Both the position numbers and the translations under genes were made by a program. Of a stretch of 64,000 nucleotides of DNA, positions 37,490-47,447 are shown piece by piece. Positions within the stretch are counted from its first letter, which is position 1. The number at the start of each line of letters is the position of its first letter. The stretch comes from Candidatus Poribacteria bacterium. Its GTDB lineage: Bacteria; Poribacteria; WGA-4E; GCA-2687025. The notes below the pieces were generated by a model, which was not told the DNA's origin, ran no database searches, and saw only the letters and a list, made by a program, of their open reading frames with translations. The stretch spans positions 2,080,001 through 2,144,000 of the forward strand of contig OY762492.1 in the NCBI GenBank assembly GCA_963665845.2. Direction: 5' to 3'.

Positions 37490-38343
37490 ACGCGCATACG
37501 GAACCGACGCCGCGAGAGCAAGACGACCCGCTCTGGGTCAACCCTGAACTTGTGCTGCCGCTCTTGGAAGGTTTTATTCGGGACGAGATCACGAAGGTCG
37601 GCATTCCGAACGTCGTTGTGAACCTGTCCGGCGGGATCGACTCGGCGGTCTCATGCGTTTTGGCGGCGCGGGCGATGTCGCCTCAAAACGTGACGGCGCT
37701 GATGCTGCCTTACAAGACAAGCCATCCAGACAGCCTCGGCGACGCGCAGACGCTCGCTCGGCAGCTCGGCATTCAGACGATGACCATCTCGGTGACGGAG
37801 CAGGTGGACCCGTATTTTGAAAAGTTTCCGGACATGACCCCCCTGCGCAAAGCGAACAAGATGGCGCGCGAACGCATGACGATTCTCTACGACCAAGCGA
37901 GCGCGCTGAACGCGCTGCCCCTCGGCACGAGCAACAAGACGGAATTGCTCCTCGGATACGGAACGATCTACGGCGACATGGCGTCCGCGCTGAACCCGAT
38001 CGGCGACCTGTATAAAACGCAGGTTTGGCAGATGGCGCGCCATATCGATGTTCCAGAGGAAATCGTTTCTAAAAAGCCGACCGCCGACCTGTGGCCTGGG
38101 CAGACCGACGAATCGGAGCTTGGCTTCACCTATGAAAAGGCGGACAGGCTTCTGTTTCATATGATCGACAGGAGGCGGTCGCCTGAGGCGCTGGAGCGGA
38201 TGGGCTTTGAGCCGGCGTTTATTCAAGAAATCGAGCGGCGGGTTAAACAGACGCAGTTCAAGCGGCGGCTGCCTCTCATCGCAAAGGTGTCGATGCGCAC
38301 CATCGAGTCGGATTTTCGCTATCCGCGCGATTGGGGCAGATGA
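37486..38343 (+). CDS. nadE: NAD+ synthetase (synthetase domain only)
   Basis: LSGGIDS, MARERM, GTSNKTE..LGYGTIYGD, PTADLWPGQTDE, FKRR. Confidence 0.95.
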   Translation: MNAHTEPTPREQDDPLWVNPELVLPLLEGFIRDEITKVGIPNVVVNLSGGIDSAVSCVLAARAMSPQNVTALMLPYKTSHPDSLGDAQTLARQLGIQTMTISVTEQVDPYFEKFPDMTPLRKANKMARERMTILYDQASALNALPLGTSNKTELLLGYGTIYGDMASALNPIGDLYKTQVWQMARHIDVPEEIVSKKPTADLWPGQTDESELGFTYEKADRLLFHMIDRRRSPEALERMGFEPAFIQEIERRVKQTQFKRRLPLIAKVSMRTIESDFRYPRDWGR

Positions 38344-39054
38344 TTGGCGCAGGGGGCGACCGCGGGAAAGCTGTATGTAGTGGCGGGACCGATCGGGAAT
38401 CTGGAGGACATCACATACCGCGCCGTTCGGACGCTTGCCGAGGCGGACATCATCGCCGCGGAGGACACCCGCCGCGCCTTGAAACTGCTCAACCGATACG
38501 GGATCAAAACGCGGCTTGTCAGCTGCCATGAACACAACGAACGGAAGCGGGCGGCTGAACTGACGCAGATGATGTTAGACGGCGCGACGGCGGCGCTCAT
38601 TTCTGACGCCGGGACGCCCGCCGTCTCCGACCCTGGATACCGTCTCATTCGCGCCGCCGTGGAACGCGGCATACAGGTAACGCCGATACCGGGTCCGTGC
38701 GCGGCGGTCGCGGCGGCGTCCGCGTCCGGTTTGCCGGTCTCCAGTTTTTACTTTGCCGGCTTCTGTTCGCCGAAGCGGGGGAAACGGCAGCGGCGGATGC
38801 GCGAACTTGCAAACCTGAACGCCGTTCTCATTTTTTATGAATCGCCCCATCGCCTGATAAAGTTTCTGGACGACGCGCTTGAGGTATTTGGAAATCGAAA
38901 CGCGGTTATCGCGCGGGAAATGACAAAAATGCATGAGGAGTTTCTTCGAGGAACGCTGGAGGAGCTGCGCGCCGCCTTTTTAAACCGAGCGCCGAAAGGC
39001 GAATTCACCATCCTGATTGAGGGAGATCATGAACGCAACGCAACGCCCGACTAA
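38344..39054 (+). CDS. rsmI: 16S rRNA C1402 2'-O-methyltransferase
   Basis: PIGNLEDIT, AAEDTR, SDAGTPAVSDPG, FYESPHR, REMTKMHEE, KGEF. Confidence 0.95.
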   Translation: MAQGATAGKLYVVAGPIGNLEDITYRAVRTLAEADIIAAEDTRRALKLLNRYGIKTRLVSCHEHNERKRAAELTQMMLDGATAALISDAGTPAVSDPGYRLIRAAVERGIQVTPIPGPCAAVAAASASGLPVSSFYFAGFCSPKRGKRQRRMRELANLNAVLIFYESPHRLIKFLDDALEVFGNRNAVIAREMTKMHEEFLRGTLEELRAAFLNRAPKGEFTILIEGDHERNATPD

Positions 39055-40585
39055 AAAAAAGCGGCGGCTCTGGAAACTGCTTGCCGCCGCGCTGATCCTG
39101 CTGTGCGCATGGGTCGGTTATGGACTTTTCCGCATGCCCGACGTCCCCGATCTGCGGGACATTCTGCCGGGCGATCCATACCTTGTAGTAGAGATAAGGG
39201 ACGCGAAAACCTCCATGGAGGAGATCGAACGCGCCGCCGAACCTCTGCAGAGCGTTTGGCTGCCGCTCATTGAAAAACGCGCATCGCTGGCCCCCTACCG
39301 CGGCGAGAATGACGAGTACGGCGAGACGCGCTGGATTCTCGTCTCCAAGTCAAGCCCGATCGCTGTGGAGATTGAGGTCAAGGAAATCGCGGCGATGCTG
39401 GGGGAGGAATCGGCGCTGGCGCTCTACCGCGGCGAGAACGGGGAGATGCGCTGGCTTCTGATCGCCAAGCCGAGCCTGCTCGCCCGCGCGCAGATTGCAT
39501 GGCACTTCATAAACCCGTGGTGGAAAAAAGAATGGGGCGCCGAAAAAGAGACGATCGGCTCCATCGACGCGATGCGCATCAACGGTCTGCCGATGCCGTT
39601 GACGGCGGCGTTTGACGGGCGCCTCGGCTTTGCCGCTTCCGACGCCGAGCTGTTAGAAGACGCCTATGAGCGGCGTTTGGAGGACGCCTTTTTGGTCCGC
39701 GACGGCGCGCCGCAGGAGAGATTGCGCGCCGCGCGGTCGCGTGAACAGTCGGACGACCGATCCGCCTCGTTCTACTGGGCGTATGCGGAAGGCGCGTATG
39801 CGTTCGGCGAAGCGGACATAAGCGGCGGCAAATGGATAGGCAGGGCGTGGGTCTCCAGCCCTGGAAGCCGAACAGAAGGAGCGGAACTCTCCGACACCTC
39901 CGATTTCAGGCGGCGCGCCAATCGGCTGATAAATGAGAACGCGGCGCTCGCCTTCTGGCATACGGGCGTCTACGACCGAGCCGTCATGGAGGCGGCGCGC
40001 GGCGCTGGGTTCACATGGGAAGGCGGACCGGACGCGCTCATTGAACGCCCCATCGGCCTCTATATCCCAAAAGCGGGCGGCGGCGGAATTTTGCCGTCGC
40101 TGGCATTTTTCGTTCATGTCGAGAACGCGGCGGAGGCGCTGGCGCAGTTTGAGGATGCGAACTTCACCTACAACGGCTCCCGCTTGACGCTGCGCAAAGG
40201 CGATCCGTTTCATCAAATACGGGTTCCGCTCAACGCTCTCTTTTCGGTCTCGCTGGAGTGCGCCGCCGCGGGGGACGCGCTCATTGTCGGTACGAACCGC
40301 GCCGCCGCGGAGGAGGCTCTTCAGGCGTTCCAGTCGACCGGTGGGGTAGGCGATTTAGCCGCCGACCTGTTCCGCGTTCATGCGCAGCCGACCGACATTG
40401 CCGCCTCGCTCGGCGCCGCCTCAGCCGCTATCAACATGTTTTCCGCCGTCAGCGGCGGATCGCTAGGGCGGACCCTCGGAACGGCGACGACCCTCATGAA
40501 AGAGATCGAGAACGTTCAGATCGACGGCGTCTCAACGCCGGACGGCTTTTCAGCCGACTTTCAATTGGAATGGAGCGCAGAATGA
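39029..40585 (+). CDS. Hypothetical membrane-anchored protein
   Basis: Basic N-terminus plus one TM helix; coupled to the ABC ATPase. Confidence 0.7.
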   Translation: MNATQRPTKKKRRLWKLLAAALILLCAWVGYGLFRMPDVPDLRDILPGDPYLVVEIRDAKTSMEEIERAAEPLQSVWLPLIEKRASLAPYRGENDEYGETRWILVSKSSPIAVEIEVKEIAAMLGEESALALYRGENGEMRWLLIAKPSLLARAQIAWHFINPWWKKEWGAEKETIGSIDAMRINGLPMPLTAAFDGRLGFAASDAELLEDAYERRLEDAFLVRDGAPQERLRAARSREQSDDRSASFYWAYAEGAYAFGEADISGGKWIGRAWVSSPGSRTEGAELSDTSDFRRRANRLINENAALAFWHTGVYDRAVMEAARGAGFTWEGGPDALIERPIGLYIPKAGGGGILPSLAFFVHVENAAEALAQFEDANFTYNGSRLTLRKGDPFHQIRVPLNALFSVSLECAAAGDALIVGTNRAAAEEALQAFQSTGGVGDLAADLFRVHAQPTDIAASLGAASAAINMFSAVSGGSLGRTLGTATTLMKEIENVQIDGVSTPDGFSADFQLEWSAE

Positions 40586-41331
40586 TCGAAGCGCGGAGCC
40601 TCGGCAAAACGTTCGGCGACAAGGAAGCGGTGCGCAACCTGAACCTAACCGTCGGCGAAGGCGAAATGTTTGTCCTGCTCGGTCCGAACGGCGCCGGCAA
40701 AACGACCACGCTCAAACTGCTCACAACGCTTCTCAAGCCGACGTACGGGCATGCGTCGGTGGCGGGGTTTGACGTCTCCGAATCGCCCGACGAAGTGAAA
40801 CGGCGCATCGGGTATGTCCCCGACACGCCCGCCCTTTATGAGCGTCTCACCGGGCGCGAGTTTCTACATTTCATCGCCGATATACGCGGAACGAAGGAGC
40901 GCGCCTCCATCGACCGCTCCTTGACGCTGTTTGAGATGGACGAAAATGCGGACAAGCTGATCGAAACTTATTCGCATGGTATGAAGAAGAAGATCGCGCT
41001 CGGCGCCGCCCTGCTTCATCAGCCGCAGGTTCTGTTTTTGGACGAGCCGACCGGCGGGCTGGACCCGTACAGCGCGCGGATCATGAAAGACCTGCTGGTT
41101 CGGCTGTGCGAACAGGGCGTCGCCGTCTTCATGACGACGCATATCATGGAGATAGCGGAGCAGCTGTGCGAGCGGGTCGGCATACTCTATGAGGCGGATC
41201 TGATGGCTTGCGGGACGCTGGAGGAGCTGCGCGCCGAGCATGGCGATCTGTCGCTGGAGGACATCTTTATGAAGGTCACGGGCGCGGACGCAAGCTTGAT
41301 GGAGGTGGACCTGTGGGAGGAGGCGGAGTGA
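40582..41331 (+). CDS. ABC transporter ATP-binding protein (ABC-2/exporter type)
   Basis: GPNGAGKT, YSHGMKKK signature, FLDEPTGGLD, TTH. Confidence 0.95.
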   Translation: MIEARSLGKTFGDKEAVRNLNLTVGEGEMFVLLGPNGAGKTTTLKLLTTLLKPTYGHASVAGFDVSESPDEVKRRIGYVPDTPALYERLTGREFLHFIADIRGTKERASIDRSLTLFEMDENADKLIETYSHGMKKKIALGAALLHQPQVLFLDEPTGGLDPYSARIMKDLLVRLCEQGVAVFMTTHIMEIAEQLCERVGILYEADLMACGTLEELRAEHGDLSLEDIFMKVTGADASLMEVDLWEEAE

Positions 41332-42830
41332 ATCCAAGCGCATACGCGGTTTGGCGCGCGCTCGTCAAATCCGAGCTGCTCATGTTGAAAAACCATTTTT
41401 TTAAACTCCCGATCGCAGGGAAAATCGGCGTTGTCTTGTATCTCGCATTCATTGTGATATTGGCGGCGGGGATGGCGGGATCAACGATCGTTGCCCAGTT
41501 CACCTGGACGCTGAAGCCCGCCGATGTAGATGAAAAGATGGGACAGATCGTCTTGGGGTCTGCAGGCATCTTTCTATTGATCCTCTTCCTGTCTTTATTT
41601 ACTGCAGGAATGGGGAGTTTAAAATTGACCGATATTTCAACGCTCGCGCCGCTGCCTGTTCACAGGGGGGCGCTCTATTTCCATCGGATCGCGCGTCTTT
41701 TCACGCCTTTTCTGTTGGCTTTCCTGATTTTCATTCCTGCAGTGCGTTTGGCGGCGGCGCGTTTTCCGGTCAACCTGTTTCAAGAGGCGGTCTATTATCT
41801 TGGATGGCTCGGCCTCTGCGCATTTTGCGCAGGGCTGACGATGGCCGCCGCCGCTCTCATGTCGCGCTTCTTCGGCGTTTCGAAAAGCAAAAAAGCCTAC
41901 ACAGCGATCAGTTGTCTCTTCGCGGCGGCGTACACGATTGCGATTTTCAATATGGATCAGCTCACAGACGCTGTCCAGAGCGGCTTCAACGCCAACCCTT
42001 ACCTGTATTCCGCGCTGCCTTCCACCTGGGCGGCTCTTGCGCTCAAAGATCCGTTTCCGATATGGCAGCTCGCCGCGCTGACAGCGCTTGGCGCCGGCGG
42101 CATTCTGTTGGGATACGCCGTATTCGTCCGCGCCTTCGACATGGAAGAAGCGTTGAAGATGATCGAGATGAAGGGCAATACCGGTCAATACAAAAGCTCC
42201 GCCCGCATGAGCGGAGCCTTCGCCGCTCTTTTGCGCAAGGACATGAAACTCTTCCTCCGCAACCGTAAGTTTCTCGGCGGCGCGGTCTTCATGCTATGCC
42301 TCGGCGCAGCATGGGTCTCGATCTCATTTTTGGAAGATGTCGAGAGAACAGCTTCCATCCTGAACAGCTATGCAATCTTTGCTTCCTTCGCGATGTTGCT
42401 GTCGATGCCGATGTTGGAGGGGCGGGGCATTCTTTCTGCGCGTATGGCGATGCCGAACTTACGCGCCTTCGCGGCGGCGAAGTCGGTTGAATTCTCGACG
42501 TTCCTATTTCTTTATGCAATCGCCGCGCTGAGCGTCAAGACAAGGGCATTTCCGAACGGCGGCGACATCCTGAACGCGGCGTTGATTGGGATTGGATACG
42601 CAAACTACATCGTTGGCATGTGGTGCGCGTTTCCGCGTTTAGACGAAAAGAAACCGATCGGGCTGTCCGGTTTCGTCTTATTGCTGTTGATTTCCGCTCC
42701 GTCTGCGGTCGCATTTGGAATGACCGCCGCGGCGGCGCATGTCTCGATCGCCGCCGCTGTCTGCGCTTCAGGGCTTCTCATGCTGAACTACGGACGCAAG
42801 CGGCTTGAAAGCATGGACGCTTTATGGTGA
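41328..42830 (+). CDS. Putative ABC exporter permease 1
   Basis: GTG start overlapping the ATPase stop; many TM helices; ALLRKDMKL; ends KRLESMDALW. Confidence 0.8.
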   Translation: MNPSAYAVWRALVKSELLMLKNHFFKLPIAGKIGVVLYLAFIVILAAGMAGSTIVAQFTWTLKPADVDEKMGQIVLGSAGIFLLILFLSLFTAGMGSLKLTDISTLAPLPVHRGALYFHRIARLFTPFLLAFLIFIPAVRLAAARFPVNLFQEAVYYLGWLGLCAFCAGLTMAAAALMSRFFGVSKSKKAYTAISCLFAAAYTIAIFNMDQLTDAVQSGFNANPYLYSALPSTWAALALKDPFPIWQLAALTALGAGGILLGYAVFVRAFDMEEALKMIEMKGNTGQYKSSARMSGAFAALLRKDMKLFLRNRKFLGGAVFMLCLGAAWVSISFLEDVERTASILNSYAIFASFAMLLSMPMLEGRGILSARMAMPNLRAFAAAKSVEFSTFLFLYAIAALSVKTRAFPNGGDILNAALIGIGYANYIVGMWCAFPRLDEKKPIGLSGFVLLLLISAPSAVAFGMTAAAAHVSIAAAVCASGLLMLNYGRKRLESMDALW

Positions 42831-44368
42831 ACGAATCGACCCCGCCCGCTGTTGTGAACGCGAGCGCCTACGCGGTTTGGCGCGCGCTGTTTAAGTACGA
42901 TCTCGTTGAGTGGAAAAACATTTTTCTCAAAATGCATACCGCGGTTCGCTGCGTCGTCGGATTCTTGGCGGGGCTCTGCGTTCTTGGCGCCGCGTTCGCG
43001 ACGCTCATCCCCCTGTTTCTGCCGGACCTGATTCCCAATGAGCTGCCGGACGTTGAATCGGCTTCGGCGATTTCAGCCGCCGTTTTCTTCGGCATGTTCT
43101 TTTTCTTGTTCATGATGTTATCGAATCCGCAGCTCAGTCTATCCTTGGGCAAAGTTCAGATTCTGTCGCCTCTCCCTGTTCCGTTGTCGTCGCGCTATGC
43201 GCATCGCGTATCGGGGATCGTTTTCACATTTGCCGTTCTTTATTTCATCCTAGCGCTGCCCTTCTTCTCCTACATCTGCATGGCGTATCAAGCGAATTTG
43301 TTTCAGGCGGCGGCGTATGCGATCGGCTGGGCTTCCCTTTACCTGTCCGCCGTTGGAATCTGCGTCGGCGGCGCAACGCTTCTGTCCCGCTGGTTCGGCG
43401 CCAAACGCAGCGCCAAAGCGTTCAGCGGAATCCTCTTTCTGATCATGATTCCTTCCTTTGCCGTTATGATCAACTTGGAAGCGGCGACGCTGTTCTTTGA
43501 AAGCTCCAGTTTTGAAAACGCCCTAGAATACGCTAGAAGCCTGCTTCCCTACCTGCCGTCCTCATGGACGTTCGCTGTCTTGACCGATCCGTTTGCGTTT
43601 TGGCTTCTTCTTCCGCTGCTGGCGGTCGGCGCCGCGGGCTTGTGGATTGGATACGCCGCTTTCGCGCGAACATACGATATCGAAGCGGAGCTGACGCTCA
43701 TCGATGAAAAGGCGGCGTCGGGCAAACGGGAAACGCGCGCCCGACAACGCGGAGCCTTCGCCGCGCTGCTCGCAAAGGATTTCAAGATCATTGTTCTAAA
43801 CCGCAAGATCGTTACAGGTTGGGTCTTCACGCTGGCGCTCTTCGGAGTTTATTTAGCGTACTCCATGCTGCAATCGACCAGCCCCGATCAGGTTGGAAGA
43901 ATCGCCAATTCCTATGCGATCGCCGCCTCGTTTTTTGTCGGGCTATCGCTGCCGATGTTGGAGGGCGTCGGTTTTCTTTCGGTGCGCATGGCGATGCCGC
44001 GTTTGGGCATGTTCGCCGCTTCGAAGCTGATGATGATGGTTCCGATTTTCTTTTTTTACGCGCTGATCGGCCTCGCCGCGAAGCAGAAGGCGCTGCCGTC
44101 CCTGCCGGACGCCGCGGTCGTTGCGCTGATTGCGGTAGGCCATGGCGGCTTCGGCGTCGGAATTGCATGCGCATTTGCCCGTTTTGACCCGAAAGCGCCG
44201 GTCGGATGCGCCGGCTTGTTTTACTTGTCGCTGTTTATTGCGGCAACCGGCGCTGTGTTCGGCTTCGCGCCTGTCGCTGCGCAGGGATGGATCGCCGCCG
44301 CGGTATGCGTTTCAGGCGCCGTTATGCTTCATTACGGACGCAGGCGGCTTGAAACGATGGACGCCTAA
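42824..44368 (+). CDS. Putative ABC exporter permease 2
   Basis: Paralog of permease 1 (SAYAVWRAL, ALLAKDFK, RRLETMDA). Confidence 0.8.
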   Translation: MVNESTPPAVVNASAYAVWRALFKYDLVEWKNIFLKMHTAVRCVVGFLAGLCVLGAAFATLIPLFLPDLIPNELPDVESASAISAAVFFGMFFFLFMMLSNPQLSLSLGKVQILSPLPVPLSSRYAHRVSGIVFTFAVLYFILALPFFSYICMAYQANLFQAAAYAIGWASLYLSAVGICVGGATLLSRWFGAKRSAKAFSGILFLIMIPSFAVMINLEAATLFFESSSFENALEYARSLLPYLPSSWTFAVLTDPFAFWLLLPLLAVGAAGLWIGYAAFARTYDIEAELTLIDEKAASGKRETRARQRGAFAALLAKDFKIIVLNRKIVTGWVFTLALFGVYLAYSMLQSTSPDQVGRIANSYAIAASFFVGLSLPMLEGVGFLSVRMAMPRLGMFAASKLMMMVPIFFFYALIGLAAKQKALPSLPDAAVVALIAVGHGGFGVGIACAFARFDPKAPVGCAGLFYLSLFIAATGAVFGFAPVAAQGWIAAAVCVSGAVMLHYGRRRLETMDA

Positions 44369-44369
44369 A

Positions 44370-44549
44370 ATGACGCATCCGCGCCATATCGCCGCCGTCT
44401 CCGCGCTGATTTTGCGCCCTGACGGACGCATACTGCTCATCAAAAGCCCGCGCCGCGGCTGGGAATTTCCGGGCGGACAGGTCGAAGAGGGCGAAAACCT
44501 GATTTATACAACGAACCCGTACAGGATCCATTCCCAATGGCGCATCTGA
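44370..44549 (+). pseudogene. Truncated NUDIX hydrolase
   Basis: GRILLIKSPRRGWEFPGGQVEEGENL, then loses the REUXEEXGU half of the Nudix box. Confidence 0.75.
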
Positions 44550-46051
44550 AGCGGGCGAAGCGGCAGCCGGCGTTCTTATGGACGCTCATCAAGGCGCGGC
44601 TGCGCATCGCTTTCAATACCGCGTTCAAGAAGGGGGGAACCCGCGCCGTAGGGACGCTCATGAAGACGCTGGCGGCGGGGGCGTATCTGGCGCTTTTTGC
44701 GGCGCTATTGCGCAGTTTTTTTGTCAACTATTCGCATCCGCGCTTGGCGGCGGCAGCGGCGTTTGGGGCGGCGGCGCTGCTCATAACGGCGCGCGCCGTT
44801 CAATACGGCCTTGCGAATGCCCCAAGCAAAGGCGCCATGCGCGTCTTGGAACCGCTGCCGGTCTCCAGCCGAAAGAAGTGCGCGGCGCGCATTGCGGACA
44901 GCGTTTTCGATAACGGAACGTTTATTTTTCTAAGCGCCGGACCTGCCGCGCTCGGTTACGCGCTCGCCTTTCCGCCCAATCCGTTTCAGGCGCTCGTTTT
45001 TTTAATGGGCTGGACGGCGCTTTGGATCTCCTGCGCCAGCCTTGGAACCGCGGCGACTCTTCTGTTTGAACGTTTTGAAGCGGCGATCGGGGGCGGTCTC
45101 CGCAGCGCGTTGACCGGCGGCGTCTTGCTTGTCAGCTCCGCCGCGTTCTTTTATATTCTTCTTCTCCCCGCTGTCAGCGCGGATTCCGACTCGCCTGACA
45201 TTCTCCTCCGCGCGGAACCGCTGCTCCGCTGGGCGCCGTCGGTATGGCTCGCCGACGCCCTCATCGATCCGATCCCAATACTGCAGGCGGCGGGCTGCGC
45301 TGCGTTGGCGTCCGCCTTGACCGCAAATACGTTTCTCGTACATGCGCTCATAGGCGATACGGAGGCGGCGCTTTCTGAAACGCAGACGCGCCCGATGCGG
45401 CGGCGAAGGCGGCTCCGCCCCCGAACCGCTCTCGCCGCGCTCATCATGAAAGACCTGAAATTGAGCGTACGCCATTCGGGGCTGTTGACCAGCTGGACGC
45501 TCTCGTTTCTGTTGTTGATTGCGGTCAAAGCGTTCCAAAACTGGTCGTCTCCTGAAACGGAGCCGTCAATGGGCAACTCCGTTGGTACCATGGCGATTTT
45601 AGGCTCCATCGTTGTCGGCTTGGTCATTGCCAGCATGGACGGGCGCGCCTATCTGACGCTCCGCGCCGTCATGCCGCGCTTTCGGCTTTATGCAGCCTCC
45701 AAGACTCTCATCGCGTCCGGCGCGATCTTCGCCGCCTCTCTCTGCTCCTTCGCGGTTGAGGCGCACACCGTACCGAGCCTCGGATGGATGTTGACCGCCG
45801 CGGGAATCGCCGTCGGAAGCGGCGGCTTCTCGGTCGGGATCGGATGCCTCATGCCGCGCTTTGAGGAGGAGAACCCGATGCGCGCCGCTCATATGCAGAG
45901 CATATTGATTGTCATAATTCACGCCGCCGCAACCATCGCCTGCTTAGAGTCGTTCCCGGCGGGGTGGACGGCGGCGGTTTCATGCGCGCTCGGCGCGGCC
46001 GTCGCCCAGATCGGAGCCGAACGGCTTGAACGCATGGACGCGACGCTGTAG
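44537..46051 (+). CDS. Putative ABC exporter permease 3
   Basis: ALIMKDLKL, PRFEEENP, ERLERMDATL; same architecture as permeases 1 and 2. Confidence 0.75.
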   Translation: MAHLKRAKRQPAFLWTLIKARLRIAFNTAFKKGGTRAVGTLMKTLAAGAYLALFAALLRSFFVNYSHPRLAAAAAFGAAALLITARAVQYGLANAPSKGAMRVLEPLPVSSRKKCAARIADSVFDNGTFIFLSAGPAALGYALAFPPNPFQALVFLMGWTALWISCASLGTAATLLFERFEAAIGGGLRSALTGGVLLVSSAAFFYILLLPAVSADSDSPDILLRAEPLLRWAPSVWLADALIDPIPILQAAGCAALASALTANTFLVHALIGDTEAALSETQTRPMRRRRRLRPRTALAALIMKDLKLSVRHSGLLTSWTLSFLLLIAVKAFQNWSSPETEPSMGNSVGTMAILGSIVVGLVIASMDGRAYLTLRAVMPRFRLYAASKTLIASGAIFAASLCSFAVEAHTVPSLGWMLTAAGIAVGSGGFSVGIGCLMPRFEEENPMRAAHMQSILIVIIHAAATIACLESFPAGWTAAVSCALGAAVAQIGAERLERMDATL

Positions 46052-46061
46052 CCCGCGCCGC

Positions 46062-46358
46062 TCAACCTTCGATCAATTCGCCCGCCTTGACGACAAATTC
46101 CACATGGCTTCGGCGTATTTCGACGCGCACCCCGTCGGCGATGTTCACTTTCAAGAGATCGTCTTTAGCGTCATCGACGCGCCCCTGCAGTCCGCCGCGC
46201 GTGACGACGATGTCGCCTTTTGTCAGCTCTTCCAGCATTCGCCGATGCTTCTTTTCGCGCGTCCGCTGCGGACGTATCATGAGGAAATAAAACGCCAGAA
46301 CAAAAATGCCTAAAAAAATCAGCATTCCGTAGGGGGAGCCTTGCGCTTGTTCGCCCAT
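46062..46358 (-). CDS. yajC: Preprotein translocase subunit YajC
   Basis: FYFLMIRPQ...LTKGDIVVTRGGLQG. Confidence 0.95.
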   Translation of the reverse strand: MGEQAQGSPYGMLIFLGIFVLAFYFLMIRPQRTREKKHRRMLEELTKGDIVVTRGGLQGRVDDAKDDLLKVNIADGVRVEIRRSHVEFVVKAGELIEG

Positions 46359-46416
46359 ACACTCTCCTTTCTGTGAAAGAACTCAACCCGTTATTAGACC
46401 CACGAATCGCAGGCGG

Positions 46417-47445
46417 TTAGAGGATCAGCATCGCGTCGCCGTAGCTGTAAAAACGGTAACGCTCCCGAACCGCCGCCTCATACGCCTTGCGCATTAAATC
46501 ATACCCCGAAAATGCGGCGGTCAACATCAATAAGGACGATTTCGGCAGGTGAAAATTGGTTAAAATGCTGTCCGCCGCCTTAAACTGAAAACCAGGGGCA
46601 ATGAAAAGGCTTGTCTCGCCGTCGAACGGATGGATCGTTCCGGACGCCGCCGCCGTTTCCAGCGTCCGAACGGTCGTCGTCCCGACCGCGCAGATACGTC
46701 CGCCTTTCTCTTTAAAACGGTTCAGCCGCTCCGCCGTCTCGACAGACACCGCCGCCCTCTCCGAATGAAGATGGACATTCTCTAGATTCTCCGTTTGAAT
46801 CGGCTGAAAGGTGCCGGGACCGACATGCAGCGTGATCGTCTCTAGACCTACGCCGTTTTCTTGAAGTCGGCGCAGCGTTTCTTGGGTGAAATGAAGCCCC
46901 GCTGTCGGCGCCGCCGCGGAGCCGTCATGCCGGGCGTAAACGCACTGATACCGCTCTTTGTCGGACGCATCCGGCAGGCGGCGTATGTAAGGCGGGAGGG
47001 GGGTTTCGCCCGCTTCTTCAAGGGCGGCGTTGAAGTTTTCAACGTTGTTAAAACGGAATCGAAACGCGCCGCCCTCTGTTCGTCCGATCGTTTCGGCGCG
47101 CAAGGCTCCGCCTTTAAAAACGACCTGCGTTCCCTGTTTGAGCCGTTTGCCCGGTTTCGCCAGCGCTTCCCAGACGCCGCCGCCAAGCGGTTTGACAAGC
47201 AGCAGTTCGATCTTGGCGCCTGTCCGCTCCTTTTCTCCGCGCAGGCGGGCGGGGATGACGCGGGTGTCGTTCAACACAAGCGTCCAGCGTTCATCCAGCA
47301 GGCTTTCGATGTCGGCGAAACGGCGGTGTTCAACCGCGCCCGTCCCGCGCCAAACGACCATGAGCCGCGAGTCGCCCCGTTTTGGAGAGGGGGTTTGCGC
47401 GATCAATTCAGGCGGAAGATGATAGTCGAAGTCGGAAAGGCGCAT
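46417..47445 (-). CDS. queA: SAM:tRNA ribosyltransferase-isomerase
   Basis: DFDYHLPPELIAQ, PLPPYI, AAPTAGLHF, TNFHLPKS, RFYSYGDAM. Confidence 0.98.
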   Translation of the reverse strand: MRLSDFDYHLPPELIAQTPSPKRGDSRLMVVWRGTGAVEHRRFADIESLLDERWTLVLNDTRVIPARLRGEKERTGAKIELLLVKPLGGGVWEALAKPGKRLKQGTQVVFKGGALRAETIGRTEGGAFRFRFNNVENFNAALEEAGETPLPPYIRRLPDASDKERYQCVYARHDGSAAAPTAGLHFTQETLRRLQENGVGLETITLHVGPGTFQPIQTENLENVHLHSERAAVSVETAERLNRFKEKGGRICAVGTTTVRTLETAAASGTIHPFDGETSLFIAPGFQFKAADSILTNFHLPKSSLLMLTAAFSGYDLMRKAYEAAVRERYRFYSYGDAMLIL

Positions 47446-47447
47446 CG

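Noticed and set aside
46359-46416. Missing tgt between queA and yajC
   Set aside because: Only a short spacer with no remnant; ordinary gene-order variation.
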